Shown piece after piece: positions 42,816 through 52,951 of a stretch of DNA of 64,000 nt. Numbering within the stretch: position 1 is the stretch's first letter; every line of letters starts with the position of its first letter. A program made the position numbers and the translations under genes. This stretch comes from an uncultured Gemmataceae bacterium (lineage in GTDB: Bacteria; Planctomycetota; Planctomycetia; Gemmatales; Gemmataceae): NCBI GenBank assembly GCA_963750165.1, contig CAVVPN010000011.1, positions 2,208,001 through 2,272,000 of the forward strand, in the 5' to 3' direction. The notes beneath the pieces are model-generated. The model made no database searches. It saw nothing but the letters and a program-made list of their open reading frames with translations, and was not told the origin of the DNA.

Positions 42816-42926
42816 GGAACCTTTGGAACCTTTTGGAACCTTGGAACCGAATTTCGAGGTTGAGCGCTCGGGAGACGTGTCTATAGAAACTAACCTGAAA
42901 AAAGGTTCCAAAGGTTCCAAGGTTCC
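42816..42926. repeat. Iteron-like direct and inverted GGAACC repeats (putative origin)
   Basis: Four GGAACC units facing three GGTTCC units directly after the helicase gene. Confidence 0.75.
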
Positions 42927-42948
42927 ACGACTTCGCAAGGAGAAGCCT

Positions 42949-43254
42949 ATGGAGTCCATCAACCCGGTGTTGCCCCTGTGTACCTTCAGCGAGGCGGAAG
43001 GCGGCCGCTACGAAAAGGCCCTCTGCTTGCACCAGGACGACGGCTGCCCACTTGGCCTGAACCGAGCCGAGGGCAGACACTGTCCATGCCGACAGCGCGT
43101 GACCGTCGAACGCTTCGATAGCCACGACGTACAGGTGCTGTCGTGTTGCTTTCCAAAGACGTACAGCGGCACCACGATCCGCGATCCAGAGGAGTTCGCC
43201 CGCTGGATCCGGCGCCAGCATCAACGCCGCCTGGACGAGGCCAGGCGGAACTGA
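42949..43254 (+). CDS. Cys-rich hypothetical protein
   Basis: AAGGAG RBS; 101-aa ORF. Confidence 0.6.
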   Translation: MESINPVLPLCTFSEAEGGRYEKALCLHQDDGCPLGLNRAEGRHCPCRQRVTVERFDSHDVQVLSCCFPKTYSGTTIRDPEEFARWIRRQHQRRLDEARRN

Positions 43255-43346
43255 ACCCGCGTGAAAAACATTATCCCCGGAACGCAGAAGTCAGTCAAAC
43301 TGCGGTCAGGTCGGAGAAAAATCGGAGAGTTTCGGCGGGGTCGGTC

Positions 43347-43781
43347 ATGAACGCGGACAGCAACGATCTGCCCGAACCGGAAGGCCCGGATGAGGTTCCG
43401 GCGGCGGGCTTCACTGTCAAGGAGGCGCGTCTCGCCCTCCTCCTCGCGTGCGGTGATAGTAATTCCGTTGCTTCCAAGAAAATCGGAATTGCCGAAAGTA
43501 CCGCGTGGCGGTGGCGCAAGTCGCCAGTGTTCCAAAAATTGCTCCTCGAATTGCGCGCGGCGTTAATCTCCGAAACGACCGGCAAACTCGCCCAAACCGC
43601 GTGCCAGGCGGCGGCCGTCCTGAACCAGTTGCTTAGCGACTCGAATAGCAGCATCAAGCTCGGGGCGGCCCGGACTGTGCTGGAACGGGCAACCGAATTT
43701 TACAAGCTCTCCGACATGCAGCAGCGCCTGGAGAACATGGAAGCGGAGTTGGAAGGTTACAGGGCCGCGCAAGGGGCTTGA
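43347..43781 (+). CDS. HTH protein, small-terminase-like
   Basis: ASKKIGIAESTAWRW HTH followed by a helical region with IKLGAARTVLE. Confidence 0.6.
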   Translation: MNADSNDLPEPEGPDEVPAAGFTVKEARLALLLACGDSNSVASKKIGIAESTAWRWRKSPVFQKLLLELRAALISETTGKLAQTACQAAAVLNQLLSDSNSSIKLGAARTVLERATEFYKLSDMQQRLENMEAELEGYRAAQGA

Positions 43782-43823
43782 AGCGTACCACGCCAGCCCA
43801 GGCCGTCATCGAGGTGTTCGCCA

Positions 43824-44027
43824 ATGATCGATCTTCGTGAACTTTTCAGCGACGAGTTGCTACGCGACGCCCGCGACCTGCTTGTCGAGCAGGTTCGCGA
43901 TAAGGCTCTGCCAGCCCGTGAACGCCGGCAGGCGGCGGTGATCTTGCTTCAGGCGAGCGCGAAGGTCGCCCGGCTGTCGCCCAGGTTGGCCGTTCCGGTC
44001 AAAACTCAAAACGGAGTTCCGAAATGA
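43824..44027 (+). CDS. Hypothetical protein
   Basis: GAGG RBS; coupled to the next ORF. Confidence 0.55.
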   Translation: MIDLRELFSDELLRDARDLLVEQVRDKALPARERRQAAVILLQASAKVARLSPRLAVPVKTQNGVPK

Positions 44028-44284
44028 TCCATCAGACTGCCATCGCGCTTGTCGCAGGCACCGATTACAACCGCGTCGAGATCGGCCGGGCCGCCGCCAT
44101 CGTCGAGCGCACGGGCTGCAGCCCGCAGAGCGCGCTGGCCACGTCGCGGCAGCAGCTGCGTTCCGAGGTGGCGTTCGACCAACCCGTCAGCGTCCGCGAG
44201 CGCGACCAGGCCCTCGCGTACATGCGGCAGCATGCGACCGAGGACTTCGACGCGGCGGTCCAAGCGGTGCGTCGGCTCAACTGA
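44024..44284 (+). CDS. Small paralogue of the scaffold C-terminus
   Basis: C-terminus is 20/28 identical to the end of the 50180-51385 protein. Confidence 0.75.
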   Translation: MIHQTAIALVAGTDYNRVEIGRAAAIVERTGCSPQSALATSRQQLRSEVAFDQPVSVRERDQALAYMRQHATEDFDAAVQAVRRLN

Positions 44285-44319
44285 ACCAACGCGGTGCTTG
44301 TAGACGGCACCGCTGCGGC

Positions 44320-44353
44320 GGGCGGGGGTTTCGGCAAGGCCCCCGCCCTTTTC
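44320..44353 (+). terminator. Rho-independent terminator
   Basis: GGGCGGGGG...CCCCCGCCC followed by TTTT. Confidence 0.6.
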
Positions 44354-44372
44354 CCCTACTCCGTGGAGTCTT

Positions 44373-45041
44373 ATGGAACACCCTGAATTAGCCTGCAACG
44401 GCCTCCGAGCATTTACAACAGCCCGTCTCCTCATCGGCGCCGAGCCGAGCGCGCTGGACACTGTTGGCCTGCACCTGGAAGCGGGCGAGCGCTGGAGACT
44501 CGAAGCCATCCAGGCTCAGCAGCACGTCCTCGCCCAGATTCGCGACGCCGGCACCGCCGCGCGGACCGAGCAAGAGCCGGTGCTGAGCCGGCTGCGCGAC
44601 CAGCTGCAGCGCGGCGAGCAGTCGGTGACCGCCGAAAGGGCCGGTGCGGAGCAGCTGCGGCGTGAAGTCGAACGGCTTGCCGAAGCCGGTGACGCGGCCC
44701 TGGACATTCGCAGCCAGCTGGCAGACGCGACGCGCCGCGCGAACCTGGCCGCGGAGTTCGTCGCCGAGGTCAAGAGGAAGCTGGCCGACGCCGAGCGCGC
44801 CGCGGATCGGGCCGCCGCCGCCGCCAGTAGCATCGCCGCGGCGGCCGTGGCCACAAAGCTGGGCGCTGAGATCGAGGAGGAGAAGGAGGGGTTCCTGATC
44901 GACCTGGCCCATAGCTGGAAGGTGTTTTACACCAAGGAGTCGGCGCGCGCCCTGGCGGCCCAGCGGGTCACCCAGCCGGCGGACTGGCAGGCGGCGCGGG
45001 CGTCGGCCGGCGCGGCGAATGTGGAGGTGCCCCAAGCATGA
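44373..45041 (+). CDS. Coiled-coil hypothetical protein
   Basis: GGAG RBS; Ala/Glu/Arg-rich heptads. Confidence 0.65.
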   Translation: MEHPELACNGLRAFTTARLLIGAEPSALDTVGLHLEAGERWRLEAIQAQQHVLAQIRDAGTAARTEQEPVLSRLRDQLQRGEQSVTAERAGAEQLRREVERLAEAGDAALDIRSQLADATRRANLAAEFVAEVKRKLADAERAADRAAAAASSIAAAAVATKLGAEIEEEKEGFLIDLAHSWKVFYTKESARALAAQRVTQPADWQAARASAGAANVEVPQA

Positions 45042-48000
45042 CCGCCGCCGCGCTGCCGCTGCTGGACGGGCCGGAGCAGTCCCTGCATTACGAGCGGGCG
45101 AAAAGGCCCGCGTTGCTGAACCGGCTGGCCGGCCCCGAGGGCGGCGCCTACCACCCCGCGCCGCGCTCCACCGTCCACTACGCCCGCAAGGGGCTGACCG
45201 ACCCGCTCAACCCCGGTGCGTTCGCCCCGGCGGGCGAAGGCGTCGAACACCCCGACGCGACCAAGACCCCCCAATCCGGTCCCGCCGGCCCGCAGCCGCC
45301 GCAGCTGGGCGCGGCGAAGAAGCCGATGGCCCCGCAGGCGCCGCAATCCTCGGTGCCCCGGGGCGGCTGGAAGCGATACCTGGCCACCGCGCCCAGGCCC
45401 GAGGAGGTTGGGCCGGCGCTGGTGGCCCACGATTGGGACCGAAGCGCCACGCCCGGCGACCAGGGCGCGGTCGCCGGACACCTCGCCGGACTTGAGCCGT
45501 CCGACTTCTGGAAGGTCGCCCACCACGTTGGCGCCGCCGCGGCACAGGGCGAGGCGCACCCGCAACTGGTCGGTCGCGTCCGGGACCAGATGCGGATGCT
45601 GCACCGGCCCGGCACCTTTGCCGTGGACGAGTCCCGCGCCCCACTGGCCTACCGCCTGGACCTGACGGGGCTGTCTCCCGAGGAGCAGGCCGACGCCAGG
45701 GAACTGCTGCGGGGCATGCCCCGGGTGCGGGGTGTGACGCACGGCTACTACCTGCAGCCGGGCCTGGCCGAGCACCTGCCTGCGCTGCTGGGCCTCAAGG
45801 TCGGTATCAAGAAACTCGGCCGCGGCGAAATCGGCGATCTGACGCCGCGCCGGCCCTCGCAGGTGCCGCTGGCCGAGTGGCAGCACATGACCGCCGACGA
45901 GCGCGCCGACGTGGCCGCGCAGCCGCAGGACAAGCTGCGGCGGGCGCGGGAGTTCTTCGACACGCTGCCGGACACCGAGGAGACGGCCGCCGCCGCCCAC
46001 GCCGGCCGCGCCAAGCGGGGCTGGTACGAGGACTTCGCCAACGTGCTGGGTCTCTGGGGCAAGGACCGCAAGCTGTTCGCCGGCCTGCTGGCGACGCAGA
46101 GCACCAAGCACACCGTGCAGCGCAACCTGATCGACGCTTTGGCCATCTGGAACGCCTGGAACGCGGCGGGGCGGCCGACGGATTTGATCCATCATGTGGA
46201 CCAGACCAAACGCGGACCGCTCAACTCGGTGTCGATGGCGTTCCTGAACGAACTTGGCAGTCAGCCGGGCATGGGCACGGTCATGTTCCCGGCGCGACGG
46301 GTGGCTGCCGCGCGGCTGCTAGCCGGGTCGGCTCAGTCGCACGAGCTGGACCGGGACGAAAAACCCAAGACTAGCAATTTCCAGACCGGCCTGGCGGACA
46401 ACAGCCCGGAAGCGCGCTGCGCCGTGACCAACGACGTGTGGATGGCGATGTTCAACGCCAAGCGGCATGAGGCCGGCGACTTGCAGGAAGAGTTCAGCCG
46501 CGCCGGCAACACGCTCTACCACCTGCTGTCCGCCCGCGCCCGCCGGGCCGGTTCGCAGCTTGGCTTCGACCCCCGCGAGGTGCAGGAGACCGTCTGGTCG
46601 CTGGGCATGGCGATGTCGGGCCTGGCCGCTGCTGGGCTGTCGCCGGAGGAGATCGTGCGGTATATTACCCACGAGCACGTCCGTGAGGGCGTGAACGACT
46701 ACAAATCCCTTATGAGGCAGAACCCCCATGTACGACGACTCCTCTCCGAAATCCCCGTCGCCGGAGGAAAGCGCTCTCTTCTCGACGCTGTTGACGGACT
46801 TTTTGCAACAGAGCGAGCGGCAGAACAGCGCGGCGAGGTACGACCCCTCACAGGATCCATTTTTGGCGGCGCTGGCGAACCTGAACGACGCCTCGCCCTC
46901 CGCATCGCCAAACGAATGTCCCGATACGCCACCAGCTTCCCCGGGAGTCTGAGGCCATTCCAGGACGCCGTGCAGGCAGCGCGGGCCGCGCGCGAGCAGG
47001 ATCCAGCATTCAACGCGATCCTGCGGCGCGGCAAGCAGGGCAAGGGCGGCGGCACCGTCCACTACGACCGGAACGGGCTGCTGCACTACGCGGCCGGGAC
47101 GGGCGACGCGGACCCGCCGGACGCGGCTGCGTCGGATGCAACCCCGGCCGGCGGGTCGGGCGGGGCGGCCCGGCTGACCCACCTGGCCAGCGTCCCTCAT
47201 GTGGACGCGCCAGCAGCCCGGCCGGACATGCGACCCAGCCGCCCCACGCAGCTGGCCCCGAAACCGCCGCCCCGCCTGCCCCTGACGCCGCTGGCGCACG
47301 GCCAGCCGATGCACCCCGAGGTGGCGGAGCTGCTGCACGCCCACGGCGTCCCGGACGCCCACGTGCGCAGCCTCAACCATGCCCTGGCCAACCCGGACCA
47401 CCCCGACACCGGCCGGCAGTCCGACTACTTCCGCAACCACGTCGAGGCGCTGCGCCACTTCGGCGTGCCGGGCCACGTCGTCGAGCACCTGGCGGCCGAG
47501 CCGGAGCCGCGGCAGGCGTCGCTGCTGGAGCGGCTGCAATCGCTGACGCCGCACGAGGCGGGCCGGCACTTCGCTGAGCACCCCTGGCACGAGTCCACCT
47601 ACAGCGAGATGGCGGAGGCGGCGGGGCACCTGCACAGCCTGTCCGACGAGCACTTCTGGCCCTTCGCCGAGCGGGCCATGGCGCACCTGAACGCCAACGA
47701 GGGCCGGCCCCAGGTGGAGCGGGCGCGGTTCCTGCTGCGGGCGGCGCTGGCGGCCCGGTCGGGCGTCGGCGACGTTCAGCCGACGCCGGAGGACTGGAAC
47801 CGCTACGCCCAGGTGCTCGACCTGTCCGGGGTGCGGCCCGCGGAGCACGACCGCGTGCGCGGCTACCTGCACGGACTGCCGCACGTCGAGGGACTGCCGG
47901 ACGCCTACCTGATGCCGCCGGGCCTGGCGGTCAGCCTGCGGCGCGGCCTGGGCGAGGACTTCCCGCTGCAGTTCCACCCGGTGCGCGGCAGTGACGTGGC

Positions 48001-49182
48001 GCCGCTCTTACAGCCGCATCTCGGTGAGGACGGGCGGACGGCGGACCAGCTGGCGCAGGCGGCCGGGTTGCCGCCGGCCCTGGCCGAGCGGTCGCTGCAG
48101 TACCTGGAGAACCACGGGCGGGTGATGCCGGTGCGGGACGAAACGGGTGAGACGTACTACTACGGCAGCACGCCGGGGCAGGGGCAGCCGGCGATGAGCG
48201 AGCTGCAGCGGCGCCTGCTGGGGCTGTTCGAGTCGCCGCGCTACGAGGACGCCATTACCGATGTCCTCGCCGGGCACTCGGCCGAGGAGGCGCAGCGGGC
48301 CTTCCAGGGGCTGCGAGACGCCGGGCTGGTTCAGGAGCTGGACAACGGCACGCACTGGACGAACGGGGCCGGCAGCGCGGCACTGCAGGCGGCGGGGGGC
48401 AAGCCGGCGGTTGCGGCTCAGGGCAGTGGCGGGGAACAACCCGGTGCGGCGGCGGACGGCGGCGCGGGGGCGACTCAGGCGACGGCGCCGGCCTACACCG
48501 GCCACCGCGAATTCATGGCGCGGTGGTCCGACCCAAAGCACCGGGCCACGGCGTCCGCGTCCGCCCAGGATCTGGCCAACCTGAAGACGTTTCTCGGCCG
48601 CGAGCCGCGGCCGCACGAACTGGCGGGCATGACCTGCGCGCGGCGGGGGCGGACGCGAAGGTGGAAGCCTACGGCGGCGCCATGAGTTCCCTGGTCGATC
48701 ACGAGGGGGTGGAGGCATGCCGCGGCTACGGCCGCCACCCGGACGGCAGCCTGGTCTGCCACAACGACATCTTCTACATCCACAAGAATTCGCCGCACAA
48801 GGGTCAGGGCTACCAGTTCACCGCCCGCCAGGTCGCCGCGCTCTGCGCCCTGGGTTTCCATAAAATCATGATGGGGTCGGCGGTCGGCCGCAAGGGAGCG
48901 AATTCGAACGGCTACTATACCTGGCCGCTGTTCGGCTTTGGCGGCAGGATGCATGACTACCAGTACAGCGAGCTCGCCCCGGAGTTCCAGAAGGCCCTGG
49001 GCAAGAGCCGGGAAATCCTCGACCTGTTCGAGTTGCCCGGCGGCCCCGAGGAGTGGAAGGAGAAGGGCAGCGGCCTGAGCAACCTGGAGTTTGATTTATC
49101 GGACGGCAGCCGCAGCATGCGGCGGCTGGAGGCGTACATCCGCGAGCGCGAGTCGCGACCGGCACAAGGAGCAGCCCCATGA
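45038..49182 (+). CDS. Large polyvalent phage protein (repeat domain, glycosylase-like domain, wHTH, GNAT-like); probable frameshift near 48645
   Basis: GWYE...PK..F...VTNDVWM...VQETVW domain; internal duplication; C-terminal KGQG...NGYYTWPLFGF in the next frame. Confidence 0.65.
46728..46952 (+). CDS. Nested +1-frame small acidic protein
   Basis: GAGG RBS; codon bias shifts to this frame over this interval. Confidence 0.5.
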   Translation: MYDDSSPKSPSPEESALFSTLLTDFLQQSERQNSAARYDPSQDPFLAALANLNDASPSASPNECPDTPPASPGV

Positions 49183-49367
49183 GCATCGGCGAACGGATCA
49201 AGGAGTGCAGGCGTTACCAGGACGAGATTCGTCAGCTGCAGGAACAGCTGGAGCAGCGGTTCCGGGAGACCGGGGCGGTGGACGCCGAGCTGCAAGGGCG
49301 ACTGGACGCGCTGACCGGGGAGGCGGCCCAGGCCGGCTGCCTGGAAGAGGGCGATGGCGACGTTTGA
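49179..49367 (+). CDS. Small acidic helical protein
   Basis: AAGGAG RBS; ATGA overlap with the upstream gene. Confidence 0.6.
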   Translation: MSIGERIKECRRYQDEIRQLQEQLEQRFRETGAVDAELQGRLDALTGEAAQAGCLEEGDGDV

Positions 49368-50075
49368 GCAATTCGCCCTTGAACATCGCGCCGGGCCGTG
49401 TTTCACTGCAGCATCACCCGGCGACCGCACCCCATTCCCCGAGGCCAAGATCGTGAACAACATGAACGGCACCCTGAATCAAGGCAGCCCCATTTTCAAG
49501 GCCCTCGAAGCGCCCGAATGCAAGGAGCACTTCGGCCACAAGATCGCGTCGCGCGCGGCGCCAAAGCGCTGGATCGCAACAAGGAAAGCATCACGGACGA
49601 ATACATCGCGTCCTACTTGAGGCGGCACCCCGGCCTGACCGTTGACGATCTGGTGTTGTGTCACGGCGTCACGCACCTCACACCCACGACGCTGTGCCAG
49701 ATATTCTGGCTGGAGCCCAGGACCAAGGCCCTCGCCTTCGGCACCATTCAGGAGCGGCTGCAGCGAGAACTGCAGGACGCCCGCGATGCCTGCCAGGCCG
49801 TTCGCGCGGCGGTGCCCGAGGAGTTCCGCCAGGACGGCGTCAAGCTGGACGAGATGGTCTGCGCCATGGCCGCGCGCATCGACCGCCTGACCCTGCAGCT
49901 GGAGGCCGGCCGGCAACTGGAGTCCCAGGCGGACGCCCCGCAGGTGGCACCCGCGACCGATGGCATGCAGCCCACGCACCAGTTCGTCCGCCGCATCGAG
50001 ACGGTCGAGACCACGACGGTCTACGCCCACGAGGACGCAGCGGACCCCGAGGTGCTCATCGCCGTTCACGCCTGA
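49354..50075 (+). CDS. Hypothetical phage protein (frameshift near 49575)
   Basis: MATFEQF... continues as ...DEYIASYLRRH... in another frame. Confidence 0.5.
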
Positions 50076-50083
50076 GCCGCCCG

Positions 50084-50140
50084 CGGGCCGGGGCGCACCC
50101 AGCGCGGCCCCGGCCCGTTTTCTTTCACTTCTTTTTTTTC
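50084..50140 (+). terminator. Rho-independent terminator
   Basis: CGGGCCGGGG...CCCCGGCCCG followed by a long T-rich tract. Confidence 0.75.
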
Positions 50141-50179
50141 TCCATCCCCCGGAACGCGCGAATCCCGTCTCATGTGGTC

Positions 50180-51385
50180 ATGGCGACCGCGACCGCCGAC
50201 CCCACCCGCAACCTGATCGACCGGCTGGCGGATGCGTCCCAGTGGCACATCATCCGCGGCGTGCCGGTCTTCGACGTGCACGTGCGGTCGGATGGCGGCA
50301 CCGAACCGGTCCGGGTCGGCGCCGACGAACTGGAGCGCATCGTCGCCCGCGCCAGGTTCCGCCGCGAGCACAAGCGGGTGGTCCCGGTCATCCAGATCGG
50401 GCACACCCGGCCGAAGGAGCCGGAGCCGAACCAGCCGGACATCGTGGGGTTCGCCGACCACTGGCGGGAGGGAACGTTCGATGGGAAACCGTGCCTCCTA
50501 GTAGACGAGTTCTACGAGAAGGCCGAGGTGCCCCAGTTGTTCCACCCGGACGGCCGCGCCAAATATCCGTTCCGCTCGGTCGAGTACGACCCGCGGCGGC
50601 ACGAGGTCACCCGACTGGCCGTCCTGAAGCGCGACCCCGAACGCGATCTGGGCCTGGTCTATGGCCGCTGCGGCGGCGTGGTGTTCTACTCTCGGAGCCA
50701 AGACATGCCCCTTGCCGACCCGACGATGCAGCCCCAGGCCAACCCCATGCCGGCCCCCGCGCCGGCCGACGAGCACCCGGTCCTCAAGTACCACCGCAAG
50801 CTCGAGCGCTTCATGAAAAAGTGCTACGAGCGCGACCCGCACGCCTTCGACGACTTCGACGGCGAGGACAAGGATGGAGAGGACAAGGACAAGCCGGCGG
50901 AACTGCCGCCGCCGGACGAGGGTCGCGACAAGGACAAGCCGGGCGAGCCATATCAGCGGGGCACGCTCTCCTTCGAGATGGCCCAGCTCCGCCGCCAGGT
51001 AACCGACCTGGCCCGCGACCGCGACGAGTCGCGGCAGCTGTACGCCCGCAGCGAGGGTATGCGGCGGGTCCAGGAGTTGCAGACCGAGGGCTACGTCTTC
51101 AAGGATCCCGCCAAGAAGGCCGGCGAGTTCGCGGCCCTGGCGACGGACGCCGCCCGCGACGCGCTCGCCGACGACATCCGCGTCCATTACCAGCGCGACG
51201 ACAAGGCGCCGACCGGCGGCAGCTTCCTGAATCTGACGACGCCCCCGGGCAACCCCGGCGGCCGCAGCACCGACCCGGACGCCATCACCGTCCGCGAGCG
51301 CGATGCCGCGATCGCGTACATGCGGAAGCATGAAACCGAGGACTTCGACGCGGCGCTGGCCGAGGTCCGCAAGCAGTCCAAGTGA
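50180..51385 (+). CDS. Mu gpI-like prohead protease/scaffold
   Basis: PVIQIGH...IVGFA...YPFRSVE...LAVL protease-like motifs; acidic linker and helical scaffold tail; sits upstream of the capsid genes. Confidence 0.7.
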   Translation: MATATADPTRNLIDRLADASQWHIIRGVPVFDVHVRSDGGTEPVRVGADELERIVARARFRREHKRVVPVIQIGHTRPKEPEPNQPDIVGFADHWREGTFDGKPCLLVDEFYEKAEVPQLFHPDGRAKYPFRSVEYDPRRHEVTRLAVLKRDPERDLGLVYGRCGGVVFYSRSQDMPLADPTMQPQANPMPAPAPADEHPVLKYHRKLERFMKKCYERDPHAFDDFDGEDKDGEDKDKPAELPPPDEGRDKDKPGEPYQRGTLSFEMAQLRRQVTDLARDRDESRQLYARSEGMRRVQELQTEGYVFKDPAKKAGEFAALATDAARDALADDIRVHYQRDDKAPTGGSFLNLTTPPGNPGGRSTDPDAITVRERDAAIAYMRKHETEDFDAALAEVRKQSK

Positions 51386-51418
51386 ACCGCGGCCGACGAC
51401 ACCCCAGGGGCCTTTAGC

Positions 51419-52096
51419 ATGAGCAACTACGCCGAGTACGTCATCGGCCGCCGCGGCTACGGCAAGCTGACGCAGACCGCGGGCACCGTCATCAGCCGGC
51501 TGATCGAGCCACGCAAGAACGCCTGGACGCGGATTACCGGCGTGCTGACCACGACCGCCGCCACGGCGCACCTGCTGACGCTGCTGCGGCCCCTGGGCCG
51601 CACGACGTTCAGCGCCGTGGCGGCGGCCGGGCAGGCCGTGGTCACGCTCACTGCCGACCCGGGCGCCTACCCCAGCGGCGTGCGGACGGCGGCCGACGCC
51701 ATTACTTCGGGCGACTACGTCGTCTACGAGGCGGCAGACGGCACGCTGGTGCAGGACACCGCTGCGGGTACCTGGAACAGCACGACGGGCGCGTTGACGC
51801 TGAACACCTTCCTGCCGACGGGCGGCGTCCTGGTGGGCGGGCGGTTCTGGTACTTCGGGCTGGCCACGGACACCAACCCCAACGACGCCCAGGCGCACCC
51901 GCGCTGGAACCTCCTGGCCAACACCAGCAATTTCTTCGGCCGCGCCGACGGCATGGGCAGCATCCCGGACAACCCGCTCATGAATCTGGGCAAGGGCGAG
52001 GAGCAGCCGCTGCTGCTGCAGATCGACAACGGCAGCAACGCCAGCACCCTGGAGTCGGTCGGCGTCGAATACGTCAAGAAGGCGGCCGCGGGCTAG
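51419..52096 (+). CDS. Putative virion structural protein
   Basis: Thr/Ala/Gly-rich beta-type composition; position in the head operon. Confidence 0.55.
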   Translation: MSNYAEYVIGRRGYGKLTQTAGTVISRLIEPRKNAWTRITGVLTTTAATAHLLTLLRPLGRTTFSAVAAAGQAVVTLTADPGAYPSGVRTAADAITSGDYVVYEAADGTLVQDTAAGTWNSTTGALTLNTFLPTGGVLVGGRFWYFGLATDTNPNDAQAHPRWNLLANTSNFFGRADGMGSIPDNPLMNLGKGEEQPLLLQIDNGSNASTLESVGVEYVKKAAAG

Positions 52097-52143
52097 GGCC
52101 AGGGCGTCGAGGGCGGGGGCGGCACGGCGAGCGGAGGCGAGAC

Positions 52144-52350
52144 ATGCAGCGGATTCCTGGGCACCTGACCGACAACAGCGCCGGCACCGCCAGCGCCACG
52201 GCGATTGCGGCCCTGAGCGACGGCAGCACCTACGCCAACGACGTGGCCGCGATCCGCAACAACCTGGCGACCATCGCCGCCACGCTGAACAGTCTGATCG
52301 ACCTGACCAAGGCGCTGGCCCGGCGGGTCGGCGAGTTGGAAGGGCAGTAA
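52144..52350 (+). CDS. Small coiled-coil (head-fibre-like) protein
   Basis: GGAGG RBS; IRNNLATIAATLNSLI heptads. Confidence 0.55.
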   Translation: MQRIPGHLTDNSAGTASATAIAALSDGSTYANDVAAIRNNLATIAATLNSLIDLTKALARRVGELEGQ

Positions 52351-52384
52351 CCGCGGCACGCCACAGCAACCCGGGGGATGAATC

Positions 52385-52808
52385 GTGGAAGGCACGTATT
52401 TCAAGCCAAGTGCGGGCGGCCAGGCCGCGGGCACCATCTATCCGGCGCGCTTCGTCAAGCCGGGCAGCGACGAGGGCCTGATCCTCATGGCTGGCTCGGG
52501 CGATTTGCCCAGCGGCATCAGTTTCAATGAGACGCGGCGCTGCCAGCTGGTCGATAACACGGCTTCGCCGGGCATCCTGGCCAACACGGGCGAGCCGCTG
52601 AGTTACTACACCCAGGGCGCCCGCTGTCAGCCTGCAGCTGGGCGGCACCGTGAGCGCTGGCAACCTCCTGAAGCCGAACACGAACGGCGACGGCACCGGC
52701 ATCGCCACCACGGCCGACGGCGACGCCTACGGCGCCCGCGCCCTGCGCAACGGCACCAGCGGGGACATCATCCCCGTGGAAGTCTTGGTCGGCGAACGCG
52801 GCGCGTAG
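52385..52808 (+). CDS. Capsid cement/decoration protein (DUF2190-like); frameshift near 52628
   Basis: TIYPARFVK...GEPL...LGGTVSAGNLL...GARAL..GTSGDIIPV; directly upstream of the major capsid gene. Confidence 0.65.
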
Positions 52809-52879
52809 TCCACACATGGCCCGCCGAGTGCTTCGAGCGCTCGCCAGGAATGCCGCCGCGAGGCGGGGCGGGTCTCCAT

Positions 52880-52951
52880 CCCGGGGAGGAGCCGCGGAGG
52901 CTCGCCAGGCTCATAACCTGGAGGCGGTCGGTTCAACTCCGACCCCCGGCA
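52880..52951 (+). tRNA. tRNA-Met(CAT)-like, degenerate initiator-type
   Basis: CCAGG-CTCATAA-CCTGG anticodon arm; GTCGG-TTCAACT-CCGAC T arm; C1:C72 mismatch; atypical A8 and D loop. Confidence 0.65.

Noticed and set aside
44185..51375. Scaffold-tail duplication as a diversity-generating retroelement TR/VR pair
   Set aside because: There is no reverse transcriptase in the window and the mismatches are not confined to adenines.
1030..52808. Frameshifts in pckA, hemL, the hydrolase, HD protein, two phosphonate genes, pepF, the integrase, the polyvalent gene and the cement gene as pseudogenes or programmed recoding
   Set aside because: Single-base indels are scattered through housekeeping and mobile genes alike, often at G/C runs, with no other decay. 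Assembly error is the simplest explanation.
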